A stretch of 64,000 bases of DNA from Lama glama (taxonomy: Eukaryota): assembly GCA_028534125.1 (NCBI GenBank), contig CM052816.1:1364001-1428000 (forward strand), written 5' to 3'. Position 1 is the stretch's first letter. Each line of letters opens with the position of its first letter. This document shows, piece by piece, positions 51,405 to 63,840 of this stretch. The position numbers and the translations under genes are program-made. The notes beneath the pieces were generated by a model. That model did not search any database. It saw only the letters and a program-made list of their open reading frames with translations, and was not told the DNA's origin.

Positions 51405-52012
51405 CTAAGACTGCCCGGGCGCCAGGGGCATGTTGCTCTTGAAGCCCGGCTGCCCGTTGGCCACGTCGGCCGCGGCCTCGCAGCCCCCGAGGCCGGCGTC
51501 CCCGTCGGTCCCGGGGCTCTCGGGCTCGGCCAGGAGCTTGAAGGTGAAGAGCGGGCCCGAGTCGCGGCGGCCGCGGCGGCCGGGGGGCTCGGGCGCGGGC
51601 AGGCTCAGGAGCGCGCCGGGCGCTTTCCACTCCGGGAAGGCGCACAGCTCGACGGCCGGCGGCGCGCCGCGGCCCAGGTAGCCCGGGCTCGGCGAGGCCG
51701 AGGGCAGGGTCCGCTGGCTGCCGCTCAGGCAGCTGCCGCTGTCGTCCAGCGAGTCCTTGCGCGACTGCGAGCGCTCCAGCGAGCCGCCGCGCGTCCACGG
51801 CCGGTAGGTGTAGGCGCAGCCGCCCAGGCGGCGGCGGCGGCGGCGGCGGCGGCGGCCGCGGCACTGGCACCCGAGGATGCGCACGAAGGCGCGCTTGAAC
51901 TCCTTGCTGGAGCACGGGTAGATGATGGGGTTGAGGCAGCTGTTGAAGTAGCCCAGCCAGAACACCACCTTGAACACGGCGTCGGGGGGCTTCAGGGCGG
52001 AGAACAGGGAGC
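51405..52012 (-). CDS. ADRA1B: Alpha-1B adrenergic receptor, terminal coding exon (ECL3, TM7 with NPIIY, helix 8, poly-Arg, C-tail ending ...[11 protein letters not shown])
   Basis: Translation [95 protein letters not shown]... is characteristic of ADRA1B. Acceptor ccttccccctgcAG|GC at 52013/52012 is phase 1, matching the intron after TM6 in alpha-1 receptors. TAG stop at 51407-51405. Confidence 0.98.
51828..51854 (-). repeat. ADRA1B: Pure (CGC)9 coding trinucleotide repeat encoding the ADRA1B poly-Arg
   Basis: Nine uninterrupted GCG units on plus. Confidence 0.95.
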
Positions 52013-52086
52013 CTGCAGGGGGAAGGGTGGGGCGGGCACGGGCAGAAAGACAGACAGCTGTTGGTGAGTAGTCTGGCCCTCCCTTC

Positions 52087-52586
52087 NNNNNNNNNNNNNN
52101 NNNNNNNNNNNNNNNNNNNNNNNNNNNNNNNNNNNNNNNNNNNNNNNNNNNNNNNNNNNNNNNNNNNNNNNNNNNNNNNNNNNNNNNNNNNNNNNNNNNN
52201 NNNNNNNNNNNNNNNNNNNNNNNNNNNNNNNNNNNNNNNNNNNNNNNNNNNNNNNNNNNNNNNNNNNNNNNNNNNNNNNNNNNNNNNNNNNNNNNNNNNN
52301 NNNNNNNNNNNNNNNNNNNNNNNNNNNNNNNNNNNNNNNNNNNNNNNNNNNNNNNNNNNNNNNNNNNNNNNNNNNNNNNNNNNNNNNNNNNNNNNNNNNN
52401 NNNNNNNNNNNNNNNNNNNNNNNNNNNNNNNNNNNNNNNNNNNNNNNNNNNNNNNNNNNNNNNNNNNNNNNNNNNNNNNNNNNNNNNNNNNNNNNNNNNN
52501 NNNNNNNNNNNNNNNNNNNNNNNNNNNNNNNNNNNNNNNNNNNNNNNNNNNNNNNNNNNNNNNNNNNNNNNNNNNNNNNNNNNNNN
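52087..52586. other. Assembly gap (500 N) at the edge of the ADRA1B CpG island
   Basis: Run of N. Confidence 1.
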
Positions 52587-52952
52587 AGTATTTTCAGCTC
52601 TAGAGAGTACAGGGCTGGGCAAAGTTTAAGTTAGTTTGTCTTCCCTGGGCGAATAGAAGAGCTCAGTTAACAAAGTGTCTGATTACACTTGGTAGTTAAT
52701 TTCCTTGAAGCTTCCTCTTTGTTATAGTTCTCTTTATTTCCACAGAGATGATCTAATTTATGCACTTACGTTAACAAAGAGAGCTTTGAAAAATTATTAT
52801 TTACACACGTAAATGAATACCGTTTCTTTGTAAAAATTAAGAACCTAATCTTTTGATCACTGTCCCTAATTCCAGGTTCTTCCTTCAGAGGCAGCTACTG
52901 TTATCTCACAGAGTTTTTTTCGCTTGTTTGTGTTCTGTTTTGTTTTTCTGTA

Positions 52953-55364
52953 CAGGCATTTGGAGATACTGCAGGTTTGGTTCCAGACGATAAAGCGAAC
53001 AGCTCATTCAATAAAGTGAATCACCTGGATTTTTTGGTTTCTCAGTGTGTATAAAAATTATGTTTACACTATACTGTAGCCTATTAAGTGTGCAATAGCA
53101 TTATGCCTAAAAATATTAAAAGTACTTTATTGAGAAAAAATGTTAACCATCACCTGAGCCTTCAGTGAGTTGTAATCTTTACGATGGTTAAGAGTCTTAC
53201 CTCAATGTTGATGGCTGCCTGACTGATCAGGGTGGTGGTTGCTGAAGGTTGGAGTGGCTGTGGCAATTTCTTAAAATAAAACAATGAAGTTTGCCACATG
53301 GATGGACTTTTCCCTTCATGAACGATTTCTCTGTAGCTTGCAATGCTGTTTGATAGGAACTTACCCACAGCAGAACTTCTTTCAAAATTGGAGTCAGTCC
53401 TCTCAAACTGTGCTGCTGCTTTATTAACCAAGTTTACGTAATATTCTAAATCCTTTGGTGTCCTTTCGCCAATCTTCACAGCATCTTCACCAAGAATAGA
53501 TTCCATCTCAAGAAATCACTTTCTTGGCTCATCCATAAGAAACTACTACTCAACTATTAACATGTCATCGTAAGATGGCAGCAATTCAGTCACATCTTCA
53601 GGCTCCACTCCTAATTCCAGTTCTCTTGCGACCCCCACCCCTTCTGCTGGGACTCCCTCCAGTGAAGACGTGAACCCGTCAGTCATCCACGAGGGTGGGA
53701 CTCAGCTTTTTCCAAACTCCTGTTAATGTTGGCATTTTGACCTCTCCCCATGAATCATGAATGTTCTTAATGGTATCTAGAATGGTGACTCCTTTCCAGA
53801 AGGTTTTCAATTGACTTTATCCAGATCCATCAGAGGAATCACTATCTATGGTGGTTATAGCCTTATGAAAGGTGTTTCTTAAATAGTAAGACTTGAGATT
53901 GAAATTCCTCCTTGACCCGTGGACTGCAGAATGGATGCTGTGTTAGCAGGTGTGAAAACAACATTAATTTCATTGTCTATCTCCATCAGAGCTCTTGGCT
54001 GACCAGGTGCATTCTCAATGAGCAGTAATATTTTGAAAGAAATCTTTATTTCTGAGCAGTAGGTCTCAACAGTGGGCTTAAAATAGTTAGCAAACCACGT
54101 TATAAACAGATGTGCTGTTATCCAAGCTTTGCTGTTCCATTTATGGAACACAGGCAGAGTAGACTTCAGTGTGATTCTTAAGGACCCTCGGATTTTCAGA
54201 ATGAGAAATGAGCATTGGTTTCAACTTAAAGTCACCAGCAGCATTAGCCCCTAGCAAGAGAGTCAGTCTGTCCTTTGAAACGCTGAAGCCAGACATTGAC
54301 TTCTCCTCTCTAGCTATGAAAGTCCTAGTTGGCATCTTCTTCCAATATATACAATAAAAGACTGTTTCATCCACATTGAAAATCTGTAGGTTAGTGTTGC
54401 CACTTTCATTTGTCATCTTAGCTGGATCTTCTGGATAACATGCTACAACTTTCACATCAGCACCTGCTGCTTCACCTCGCACTTTGATGCTGTGGAGATA
54501 GCTTCTTTCCTTAAACCTCATGAACCAGCCTCTGCTAGCTTCAGACTTCTCTTCTGCAGCTTCCTCACCTCTTGTCAGCCTTCACAGACTGAGGAAAATT
54601 ACGGCCTTGCTCTGGATTAGGCTTTGGTTTAAGGGGATGTTGTAGCTGTAGCTAGTTTAATCCTTCCTCCAGACAATTAAAACTTTCTCTCTATCAGCAA
54701 TAAGGTTGTTTTGCTTTCTTATCATTTGTGTGTTCGTTGGAGAAGCACTTTTAATTTTCTTCAAGACTTTTTCCTTTGCCTTCACAGCTTGGCTGTTTGG
54801 CACAAGAGCCCTAGCTTTTGACCCATCCTGGCTTTGCATGTACCTTCTTCACTAGGCTTAATCCTTTCCAGCTTTTGATTTCAAGTGAGAGTGGTGAGAC
54901 TCTTCCTTTCACTTGAACACTCGACAGGCCATTGTAGGATTATTAATTGCCCTAATTTCAATACTGTTGTGTCTCAGGGAACAGGGAGGCCACTGGAGAG
55001 AGAGAAAGATGGGGAACGGCTGGCGGCGGGTGGAGCAGTCAGAACACACACAACACTCATTAAGTCTTATATGGGCACGGTTTGTGGGCCCCCCCACCCA
55101 ATCACGATAGTAACATCACAGATCACCATTCACAGATCACCATAACATATACAATAATGATAAAAAAGTTTGAAATATTGTGAGAATTAAGAAAATGTGA
55201 CACAGAAACACAACGTGAGCAAATGCTGCTGGAAAAACAGCGCCAACAGACTTACTCAACACAAGGTTGCCACAAATCTACAATTTGTGAAAAAAAAAAA
55301 AAAACAACAACACAGTGTCTGCAAAGCACGATAAAGAGAAATACTACAAAATAAGGTGTGCCTG
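52953..55364 (-). mobile_element. Full-length Tigger1 (TcMar-Tigger DNA transposon) with decayed transposase, in the ADRA1B intron
   Basis: Inverted termini CAGGCA...TGCCTG are flanked by TA at 52951-52952 and 55365-55366; length is 2412 bp. Minus-strand ORF fragments carry pogo/Tigger DDE transposase motifs (QIFNVDET...[18 protein letters not shown]...[46 protein letters not shown]) and the Tigger1 3' ORF ([28 protein letters not shown]). Confidence 0.95.
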
Positions 55365-55624
55365 TATTTCATAATATACTCGGAAAATGGAACATTTGGG
55401 GTGTTTTGTGTGACATTTATACGATATGCAACTCTCTGGAACTTGCTTCCCCCCAGCCCCCAAAACAATCTGTCTTGAAGAGCTTTCTTAACTGGATCTA
55501 ACTCATTCTTTCTAACTGTTGCTTTGAAACCCACTGTAGGGGCATGTCAGGGATTTTTTTTCCTCACTTGCCTATAGATGGACATTTAGGTTGTCTCCCA
55601 ATCAGAAGAGTGGTTTGTTTTTTT

Positions 55625-56260
55625 TTTTGAATTACAGTTTCATTAAGACCTATCACATGCCATAAAAATCACCCTTTTAAAGTGTACAATTAGTGGTTTT
55701 TAGTATATGCACAGAGTTGTACAACTGTTACCACTATCCAATTCCAGAATGTTTGCATCACCCTCAAAAACACACCCGGTGCCCATTGGCAGTCACTGCC
55801 ATCTCCCCCTCTCCTCAGCCTCCGGAACCATTAATTTACTTTCTCTCTCTCTGTGCATTTGCCTACTCTGAACATTCCAGATAATGGAATCACACAATAT
55901 GTGACCTTTTTGTTTGGCCTCTTTCCCTTAGCATATTCTTTTCAAGGTTTGTCCATGTTGTAGCATGTATCGGTCCTTCATTCTTTTTTCTGGCTAAATA
56001 ATATTCCACTGTACATATATGTCAAATTTATTTATCCAAATTTGATGGACATTTGAGTTATTTCCAATTTTTGTCTATTACAAATAATGCTGCCATGAAA
56101 GCTCATGTACGGCAAGTTCAGCCCAGTGAGCGTATGTTTTCAGTTCTCTTGGGTAGATGCCAGGAGTGGGACTGCTGGGTCATAGGCAAATCTATGTTTA
56201 ACTTTTTGAGGAACTGCCAGACTGTTTCCCAGAGTCAGTGCATCACTTTACATTGCCATG
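55625..56260 (-). mobile_element. L1 3'-end fragment, antisense
   Basis: cacccttttaaagtgtacaatt..ttttcaaggtt.gtccatgttgtagcatgtatc..tttaactttttgaggaactgccagactgtttccc. Confidence 0.85.
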
Positions 56261-59224
56261 AATATATATATTTTTTAAGCAAGAAAGAACATATTCATCG
56301 GGCAAATGGATGTGTTTATGCCCTTGAGACATCGCCAGCGATGTTCGGAGCAAGCTGAGAAGCACACTCACTCAGTGCTGTCCGGGAGAACCTTCAGCAG
56401 TGGTGCACTTGTTCCAAATCTGTGCTGTCCAGCATGGTAGCCACCAGCTCTTTGTGGCTGTTGAACATTGGAAATGTGGCTCCTGTGACTTAAGAACTAA
56501 AGTTTTAATTTTATTTAATTTTAACAGTAAGTTAGATCCGCCTTCAGGGGCCTGTGGCTGCTGTGTTGGACAGCCAAGGACCTACTCTCTCCTGTTGGGT
56601 AAAACTCACAGTTCCCAAAAAGGTCACCTTAAAGATACTGCGAAAGTGGCTCGCCTTTTGGTCTGCACTTCACAGCTCCAACTAGCTCCTGTCACAGGCA
56701 TCACAGAAGAGAAATTCAGAGACTGCGAGGCCTTAAATCAGAACGGCACCACATTGAAATTCAGGAAACTCCCAACTTTTTCAGAGATGTGTTCGGAAAA
56801 TTGGCCCTTTGTGTATCTCCTCTATGCTTTCAGCTCACTCAGTTTGAAGAACTGTCTTTATTGTTTAGTTTCATATTACAAGAGCAGTGCATATTCACCA
56901 CACAGATGCATGAGGAGAAAACAAAACCAGGTGACTTCTGCTCATACCTTCTTGGTGTGTGTGTGTGCACGCACGTGTGTGTGTGTGTGTGAGTGTGTGT
57001 GAATGCACATACATGAAAAAATTACATTTTAGCTTTGGGGACAGGAGCAAATGTGACACTGGAATTAATCTTGTTCCTTTGTGACAATTCCTCCTCATTC
57101 TTCCATTGATAAGATTTTATTCACCTATTGTGTTCTCACTGGGTGCTAGGCTTGCGACGGGGACATCATAAACCCGCTCAGCCCAGTGTGACAAGGTTCT
57201 GATGGGGTGAAGGAAGGGAAGAGACAGCACAGGAGAGGAGAAGGCAATGCGTGAGTTGCTGCGGAAGTCTGCAAGGGGGAAATGACGTGTGAGTGGACAT
57301 TGGAACGGGAAGAACCCATGATGCAGGGACAGGGGTGAGGGGCGATGCAGGCAGAGGGAAGAGCCTGTGCAGAGGCTTCGGACGTGAGTGAGCCAGGCGT
57401 GTTCAGGGAAGGGAGACTGCTCCTGTGTGGCTGGAGAGGTAATAGCATGGGTCACGTGTGGCTTATCTGCTTTATTGCCATTTCATTCTCTTATCCCCTG
57501 ACAAGTCAAATGCCATCCCTGTTTTATAGAGCGGGGAAAGTGCCCATTTATTTATAGGCAGAAAGCGGAAGCTGAGAGAGAAGTCACTTGCTCAAGGTTG
57601 CCCAGCTAGTGAAGGCAGAGCTGCGACTTCGGTCTGGAGAGCCCAAAGCTCAGTCTTGAGTGATGAAGCAGGTCGGAGTCCAACTGTGAAGAGGCTTTTC
57701 TGCCGCGCTCAGAAACTGAGAAGCTACCCTCGGGCGGTCCAGCGGGATGCTGGTGTGACCCGATCTATGTTTTAGGAAGATCATTGTGGCAGTGATGCAA
57801 AGACAGTTTTGGAGAGAGCTCAACCAACACTGTAAGTAGGTCTTCAATTTACCTGGGACTAAATGACTCTCAACACATCACGCACACACACGCACGTGTG
57901 TGCACACACACACAGCTTCAAAGACAGAAGCCTCTGACAATCCAGAGCTTTTTGTTTCCTTCTCCTTTCCCAAATGAAAATCCACACTAGCAGCCCGAGT
58001 TCTGTGTCCATCCCAGACCGTGTGGGAGGAGGGCGAGGGGAAGAGGACAGTGCACCTTGCTGGAGGACCTGGAACAAATCACTTCTCAGTGACCTCTTCT
58101 GCAAAAATGAAATTCTTAGAATTTCCGTCTTTAAGTGCCCCTTCCATCTTTAAAAACTGTCTGGCTCCTAAGAGCAGCAGGACCTATTAAGGGATTTCAC
58201 TCTGGCCATACACCATGGTTTGGGAGAACTAATATCGTCTTGGACTGGCTGCCCCCAAATTTAGAGCCTCTTAGCACTTCCTGCATGAATCCAGAGATGC
58301 GACTTTCTAGGCATCACTAAAGATACAAGAGAATCTTCTTTTGTTCCCAGGCTAGGCCAATAGTAGCAAATAACCTAATTAGGACCTCGCAAGCAGCTTG
58401 CCCAGTGAAAGGTAATTTAATCAGAGTCTTATTAGCTGTTATAACTACTTTTTAATGAAGCTTTATTACATTCAACTACGCAGATCCCAAGCAATTGTAT
58501 TCAATGTTGGCAAACGACTCATTAGTCTTTGATTTCACTTCTTTTTTGCATTGTTCCCACCTATCCTGGCATTCAGATGCTGGTAGCTCATTTTTTCTCT
58601 TCAAAGCCAGGTGCAACCTTGAAGGCATATTTCCCTTTCTCATCTCATTGCCATTTCTCTGGGATTCCTTGTCTGTTAGAGTTGCACTGGAGCAATATGA
58701 AGGGTGGGGAAAGGCTCCCCACTGGCCTTTCACATTCCCTAATATTTCCACCATGAACCACTCCCAAGCCACACGATTTCAACGACTAAAGGTCCCTGGT
58801 TGAAGTGCAAATGTTTTGTTAGAGGCAAACACAGAAAACGGTGATTATGAATTAATACCTTAGCGAAGATTAGCTCATCATATTAGCTAATTGGCCAATA
58901 AATGAGACTGCAAGAGAGTCACTCCTGGATTGAGTAGTTTTGATAGTTGTTGGTGTGTAAAGCATGGGGGAAATAAAACAAGAGCAATTAGTTTTTACTA
59001 TGTACCAGGCACTGGGCTAGATAATTTCATATTTCTTATCCCATTTAATTCTCTTGACAAGCGTGATATGAATGTATTATTATAACTGATTTACAGATGA
59101 GAAACAGGAGCACAGAGAGGCTGAGTCAGCTTCAAAGTCACAGAGCTAGTAAGAGGAAGAGTAAGGATTTGAAGTCCCGGGATATCAGGCAAAGGCTAGA
59201 AGAGCATTGCGGGGCGGGCAGCCT

Positions 59225-59243
59225 TGGCCTCTAGGGGGCAGTA
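59225..59243 (+). promoter_or_regulatory. Candidate CTCF site TGGCCTCTAGGGGGCAGTA
   Basis: Close match to the CTCF core consensus (TGGCCACCAGGGGGCGCTA) in non-repetitive ADRA1B intron sequence. Confidence 0.65.
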
Positions 59244-60519
59244 TCAAGTCACTAGGGGTTAAGCCCCCCAGGGGATTACCTGTGGGCAGGTGAACCCCAG
59301 GACAGATGACTGAGGGGCACTAAAGACTAACCTGGCAGGGCTTGCAGTTTAGCCCCAGCAGGGCTGATCTGTTTGTGTTCTGTCTCTCTTCATCATCAAA
59401 GGGCAGCGTGATGTCTCTGTTAAGAGGACAGCAGTTGGCGGCAAGGCTGTCCTAGATTCAGCTCCCGATTCCAGCCCTTTTCTGTAGGTGTGACCCTGGG
59501 TAAGCTGTTTAAGCCTACTCAGTTGCAATTTTTTTTCTCTTCTGGGGAAAGGGGTAATACTATCTCCCTTACATTCTTGTGAAAGTTAGGAATATGTGGG
59601 AAGCTTCCAAACTCAAGGGAAATGCCAGTAAGAGGTGGCTCCTCCACTTCTGAACAGGTATTGGCAAGCTGTGTGGCTGCAGTGGGGAGGGCCGTGGGCG
59701 GCAGGAACTGGATCCACAGCGAAAGGAGATCTGGCCTCAGGTTGGTGGTTCTTAAACTGGAGTGAGTGCCTGCATCACCTGGGGAACTCAGGTTGCCTGG
59801 CTGCACCCCCAGTTCCTGACTCAGGAGGTCTAGGGCATCATCTCCACCAAGTTCCTGGGTGATGTGCACACTGCTGGGCGGGGGACCACACTCAGAGGCC
59901 CACTGGGGACGGCCACTCACAGCGGGTGGATCCCTGGGCAGAACAGCCGGAGTCCACCCGAGCCTGGGGGCGAATCAGAGAAGTGGAGGTCTGGCCTCTC
60001 TCCTCTTGCCCATATCTCACCCCACTTCTGTGGTTTCTTGAGCTCTGGGGAGCCCGTCCTTGAGAACAGGGGCCAAAAATGTTGGCTTAATTACGAGGCC
60101 TTATGTTTTTTTTTTTTGCCACGACAGCCCCTGGGCCCACTTGGGGTGAAGGGATGTTAGTGGTTTAAAGGAACCCATTTTGTGGCTGAAAGTGCTGATA
60201 CAATTTGTTCCTCACAGAGAGCAGGGAGGGGTGAGGCTCTGAGTAACAACTTCCAATTAGTCCATTAGCCTGAAATTTTGTATTTTTAGTAAGTTTATCA
60301 CTTTAACAAGTGGGATAGATATTCTCAGACAAGCAGAAGTAACAGTGTTTTCCTTCTGACATTCTTTTTAGCAAGAAGGGGCGACTCACTGGATACTAGT
60401 GTGATAATGAATGTGGAAGTGTCTAACATAATGTCTTAACAAATAAAAAATTATAACTTGTTATTATGTTTATTGAATAAATATTTTTTGAGCCCTAATA
60501 AAGTGACAGCATGCTTTAG

Positions 60520-60715
60520 AGCTTCTCTGCATTGACACTATTGATACGCTGGGCCAGATCATTCTCTGTCCTGTGCATGGTAGGATGTTTAGCTATATCC
60601 CTGACCTTTCCCGGATGCCAGTAGTGTACACCAGTTGTGACAATCAAAATAGTCTCCCGACATAGCCAAATGTCCCCTGGGGGGCAAAATCATCCCTGGT
60701 TGTGAACCACTGCTT
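60520..60715 (-). mobile_element. MER20
   Basis: cactattga..gggccagat.attct..gttgtgacaa.caaaa..gtctcc.gacat.gccaaatgtcccctggggggcaaaatca. Confidence 0.8.
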
Positions 60716-60964
60716 TACATGAATAATCTTATTTCATTCTCACAACATCCCAGTGAAGTAGGGGTTTTGGGTATTTGTTTTTTTTTTTTTTGTCCCATTT
60801 GAGAGAGGAGCAAGGGAAAAGTGGAACAGAGAGGTTAAGCAATTTGGCAAAGACTACCCAGCTAGTAAAGGAGCAGGAGCAGAATCTGAATTGAGGTCTG
60901 AAATAATCCAAGGCCTCAGTCTCGGCCACTCCCGCCTCTCCTTTACTGAGGAAACATTTAGATC

Positions 60965-61479
60965 TGTCTACAGGTGAATGGATAAAGAAGATGTGGTATA
61001 CATACACAATGGAATATTACTCAGTCACACAAAAAAATTAAATAATGCCATTTGGAGCAACATAGATGGACCTGGAGATTATCATACCAAGTGAAGTAAG
61101 TCAGAGAAGGACAAATATATGACATCACTTACACATGGATCTAAAAAAATGATACAAATGAACTTATTTACAAAACAGAAATAGACTCACAGATAGAGGA
61201 AACAAACTTACGGTTACCAAAGGGGAAAGGGGTGGGGAGAGATAAATTAGGAGCTTGGGATTAACAGATACACATTGATATACAAAAACAGATAGACAAC
61301 AATGACCTACTGTGTAGCACAGCGAACTATATTCAATACCTTGTAATAACCTACAATGGAAAAGAATCTGAAACATAATATATGTGTATACATACTTATA
61401 TATATATAAGTGAATCGCTTGCTGTGTACACCAGAAACTAACACAATGTTGTAAATCAACTATAGTTCAATTAAAAAAA
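60965..61479 (+). mobile_element. L1 3'-end fragment
   Basis: gaatggataaagaagatgtggta..gacctggagattatcata..aactaacacaatgttgtaaatcaactata, followed by poly-A. Confidence 0.88.
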
Positions 61480-63149
61480 GGGCACATTTAAGAAGATGTA
61501 GGGAAGAGACCCTACTTAATCATATGCATCCTGGTGATTGCCTCTGAGAAGAGAGGTGAATAGGATGAGGAGTGGGGGCTTTTACATGTATTTGCAGTAT
61601 TTTATTTCTTAAGAGAAGAAAGACGATACGCAGCAAAGCCAGGAACATGCTAACATTTGTTAAATCTGAGTGGAGGAGTCCTGTGTATCAAATTATTTTT
61701 GATCCCCCAACCTTCCAATGAGAAGGAATTGACCCCATCTTTATTTCCCCCAAAGACATAGCCCAATCGTGGAATCAGTCACAATCACAATTTATCAACA
61801 GATACTTATTAAATATCTCCTCCAAAGTGGGTAATATATTAGAGGCTTCACATATATTAATAGCTGGTGTTTATGAAAGATTTACTAGTATCTGGCACCC
61901 AGCTGAGCCCTTCTCATCCATTTCCCTATTTATTCCTCACTTCAATCCTATGAGCAGATGGTTTCAGTCTCGTTTTACAGATGTATTCACTGAGGGTTAG
62001 GGAGATGAGCTGCAGAGCCAGGACTTCAGACCTCGATTTGTCTGACTTCAATGTCCCTGTTCTTTCTAGTTCTTTAAGCTGCCAGTCAAACAGAACTATG
62101 ATGGGCTAACAAGGATGTTGCAGGGAACGGAAGGGGCCAGCCGTCTTCACTGGATGCGGTGGGTGGGATGACAGGTGGCAGGAAAGGCTTTCCTGAGGTT
62201 CTGAGAGCCCCTGGCTGATTTCAGTTCCTGGCTTAGCATCTCCTGGATCTCCCACCCCTGCAGCAGTAGGTCGAAGTTCACCCCTTCCCTGTCCCTTCCT
62301 AGATGCTGGTTCCAACACCTCTAGATTTAGTGCGGTCTGAAAATAACCCTGCCTCTCCACCCAGACCAGCAGTTCAAGGTCAGGATTAAATTATGACCCT
62401 GACTGACCCCAGAGCCCGTTGACTGCCTCTCGAAAAAGCCTCCTTCCCCAACAAAATCTGCTCAACAGCCCACCTTCTTGTTTCTTAAAGCAGTGCTCAA
62501 CTCGATTTTCAATTCGTGAGGCTGGCATCTTCCAGAGCCAATTTGAATTTTGCAACTGAAATGTGGTGCATATTCCATGCCCTTGTCTAAATATAGATTG
62601 TCCACTGTGTTCCCTGGATTGGCACAGGCCCCCACAGTTGGGTGGGGCAAGCTTGGATGCCCAGAGGAATCCTTCCTTATTAACTCATCCTTGAGTGCTT
62701 CAAACTTGATTGTTTTCCTGGAGGGGGTGGGGGGAGTGTTTTATTTTGTTATGGTTTTAAATCGGTACATCAGCCCCAGAGCCTCGAACCACTGACGTGC
62801 ACCACGGTGGGCCTGGCAGCTGTGTGAAAGATCAAATCCGTTTACACACTGTGGGTGACTGCTTTTTGTTCTCAGATCCTAGATAAAATACACACATTCC
62901 AAGGCCGCTGCCGGCTCTGGATCCCCTGATGGATGGGGTGTTGCATTCCAAGGGGGCAGCGTGCTAGCCCTGAACTCTGGGAAGCTGACACCAAATTCAT
63001 TGGAAGGATTTGAAGCTTTCAAGCCGTCTTATCACCTCTGAGGGGAAGCTGACTTGTCAAGCAGATGTCTGAAACTTCCCCAGGCAGTGAGGAGCTATCA
63101 GCATAGAAAGCAGTTTCTTTAGCTATGCTGAAACACACTTAGCAGGAGT

Positions 63150-63840
63150 GCAAATTGCTACCCAGAGGGTAATTTGATAATATGTGCCTGAGGTCTTTCA
63201 CTTGAGTCTACCTTTTGATCCTAACCATTCAAAGTGGATTTTATCCTGAGGAAGTCCTAAGGGCAGGTGTACAAAAAGATATTAAAGGAAAAATGTGTAT
63301 ATAAGAATATTTGTCACAGCTAAAAATTCAAAACAGTTGTACATCAAGAGGGGATGGATTATCAAATATACAAAAAAGCACTTAACTTCATTCACAAAAA
63401 TTTCACCTGTTAAGTTGCAAAGATCAAAAAGTTCAGTAACTGTTGAGGAATGAGTGATCACTCTGAAATGTCAATTTAAGAAATACAAATTGGTATAATC
63501 TCTATGGAGGAAAATTTGGTAATATCTATAACAATTAGAAAAAATTTACTCAGAATAGCCTACTTCCAACATTTTAATCTTATAATACACAAAATAGTGA
63601 AGAATGTATAAGAATATTCACTACAGTATTGTTTATAATAACAAAAGATTTGAAACAACTTAAATGTCTTTCTACAGTAGTCTGTTTGGAAAAAAGAGAA
63701 ATACTATGTAGCTATTAAAAAGAATGAGGTTGTTCCATTTATATTGAAATGGAAACATCTCTAAGATGAATTATTCAGTGAAAAAAGCAAGGTGCAGAAT
63801 AGTGTTTATATAATGTCATTTCTACTAAAAAGAAGATATA
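63150..63840 (+). mobile_element. Highly diverged L1 (L1ME-like) 3' remnants
   Basis: gaatattcactacagtattgtttataataacaaaaga..gaaacaacttaaatgtc..aaaaaagcaaggtgcagaatagtgt. Confidence 0.6.

Larger units (their letters stand above)
50960..52060. promoter_or_regulatory. CpG island covering the ADRA1B last exon and 3' UTR
   Basis: Very high GC and CpG density, with many CGCG and GCGC words. Confidence 0.85.

Noticed and set aside
51006..52067. 353-aa antisense ORF and overlapping 253-aa alternative-frame ORF as new proteins
   Set aside because: Low-complexity Ala/Arg/Pro/Gly products expected from a very GC-rich exon. Non-ATG starts and no recognisable domain.
51405..52622. 405-aa ORF spanning the gap
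   Set aside because: Artefact of the N run plus intron sequence. Only 51405-52012 is exon.
53162..54839. Possible domesticated transposase gene (TIGD1-like)
   Set aside because: The frame is broken by multiple stops and frameshifts, and the element retains its termini and TA TSDs, so it is a decayed Tigger1 copy.
56400..57002. 200-aa ORF in the ADRA1B intron
   Set aside because: It begins in a MER3-like repeat and ends in a (GT)n tract, with no protein-like features.
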